Program-made: the position numbers and the translations under genes
Notes under the pieces: model-generated
Databases searched by the model: none
What the model was told of the DNA's origin: nothing
The model's input: the letters and a program-made list of their open reading frames with translations, nothing else
Shown: positions 63,358 through 64,000 of the stretch, in pieces
Layout of the letters: each line of letters opens with the position of its first letter
How positions within the stretch are numbered: position 1 is the stretch's first letter
Source: Methanocaldococcus indicus
GTDB taxonomy: Archaea; AGJL01; Methanococci; Methanococcales; Methanocaldococcaceae
DNA: 64,000 nucleotides
Assembly: GCF_049554935.1 (NCBI RefSeq)
Contig: NZ_CP186926.1
Span: 1,184,001 to 1,248,000, forward strand
Direction of reading: 5' to 3'

Positions 63358-64000
63358 ATGGAAAAGTTATATTCTAAAGTTGGAGATATATCTAAACTTA
63401 AAGAAATTATTAATTCTTTAGAAAATTTTACTGGAATAATTAGGTTAGATAATGCTTTTTTATTTTATAAAAATTCCAAGTTAATAGCCTCTAAATTAAA
63501 TGATAAAGATGAATCTTTGGAGTATATTATTTCTATTTTGCCAGAAAAGTTTTTAATAGAAGTTTATAAGGTTGATGATGTAGATAATTATTTAAATAAC
63601 TTTAAAGCTGATGACTTTTTTATTGAAGTATCTAAAATTCCCATTGTAAGGAATAATTCTATTATTATAAATAAATATTCTGACATATATAAATTTATAA
63701 ATGATAGTAAAGTTATCTTTTATCCAAAGAGATTTAAAAATGAGAAATTTATAGTCATCTATAAAAATAAAAAAGAAATATTTTGTGCATTTTTTGGTAA
63801 AAAGGAAATTTTTGGTAGAAGAGCATTATCTAAATTAAAGACAACATTTGCAGTAAGTGAGTTTTTAGTAAAAATAGATAATATAGATGATGAGCAGATT
63901 AAAAAACTTAGAGAAGAATTTAATAATAAGGGATTTTTATTTATTGAAGATGATTTTAATAGCTTAATAAAAAAGATAACTCAAAAAGAACCAATAGTTT
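63358..64000 (+). CDS. hypothetical protein, possibly DUF2226-like, 5' part (runs off window)
   Basis: Open frame from ATG 63358 to the window end: MEKLYSKVGDISKLKEIINSLENFTGIIRLDNAFLFYKN.. Confidence 0.65.
   Translation, partial: MEKLYSKVGDISKLKEIINSLENFTGIIRLDNAFLFYKNSKLIASKLNDKDESLEYIISILPEKFLIEVYKVDDVDNYLNNFKADDFFIEVSKIPIVRNNSIIINKYSDIYKFINDSKVIFYPKRFKNEKFIVIYKNKKEIFCAFFGKKEIFGRRALSKLKTTFAVSEFLVKIDNIDDEQIKKLREEFNNKGFLFIEDDFNSLIKKITQKEPIV

Noticed and set aside
1-64000. CRISPR array, cas genes, rRNA, provirus or C/D-box sRNA
   Set aside because: No regularly spaced 30-37 bp repeats, long GC-rich RNA genes, integrase or convincing box C/D pairs seen by eye; small AT-rich RNAs could have been missed

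Overview
AT-rich chromosomal segment of a hyperthermophilic methanogen of the Methanococcales, most likely a Methanocaldococcus. It is mostly housekeeping genes: rpoL, dapB/dapF, leuC, serA, pyrC, purP, korDABC, cdhC, a split glutamate synthase with an F420-binding subunit, nrpR, cobN, part of ehb, mmp3, trmY, map, asnB and cobY. The left end carries a sulfate-activation cluster (sat frameshifted at an A10 run, DHH phosphatase, APS kinase, TSUP transporter) bounded by a degenerate IS6-family element. Selenocysteine machinery is present: selD with an in-frame UGA and a 3'-UTR SECIS, and tRNA-Sec. The most striking observation is a perfect GC-rich 17-nt inverted repeat (20 bp with one G-U pair). 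It lets the start of the selD 3'-UTR pair with the coding sequence beginning 11 nt after the Sec UGA, about 950 nt away. This could loop the mRNA and deliver the distant SECIS to the ribosome at the UGA; I know of no description of such an element in archaea. Other oddities are a probable AUA start for dapF, a HEPN toxin with a nonsense codon, a frameshifted archaeal ATPase and a compositional seam inside cdhC. Product calls come from motif and family recognition by eye; no database searches were run.
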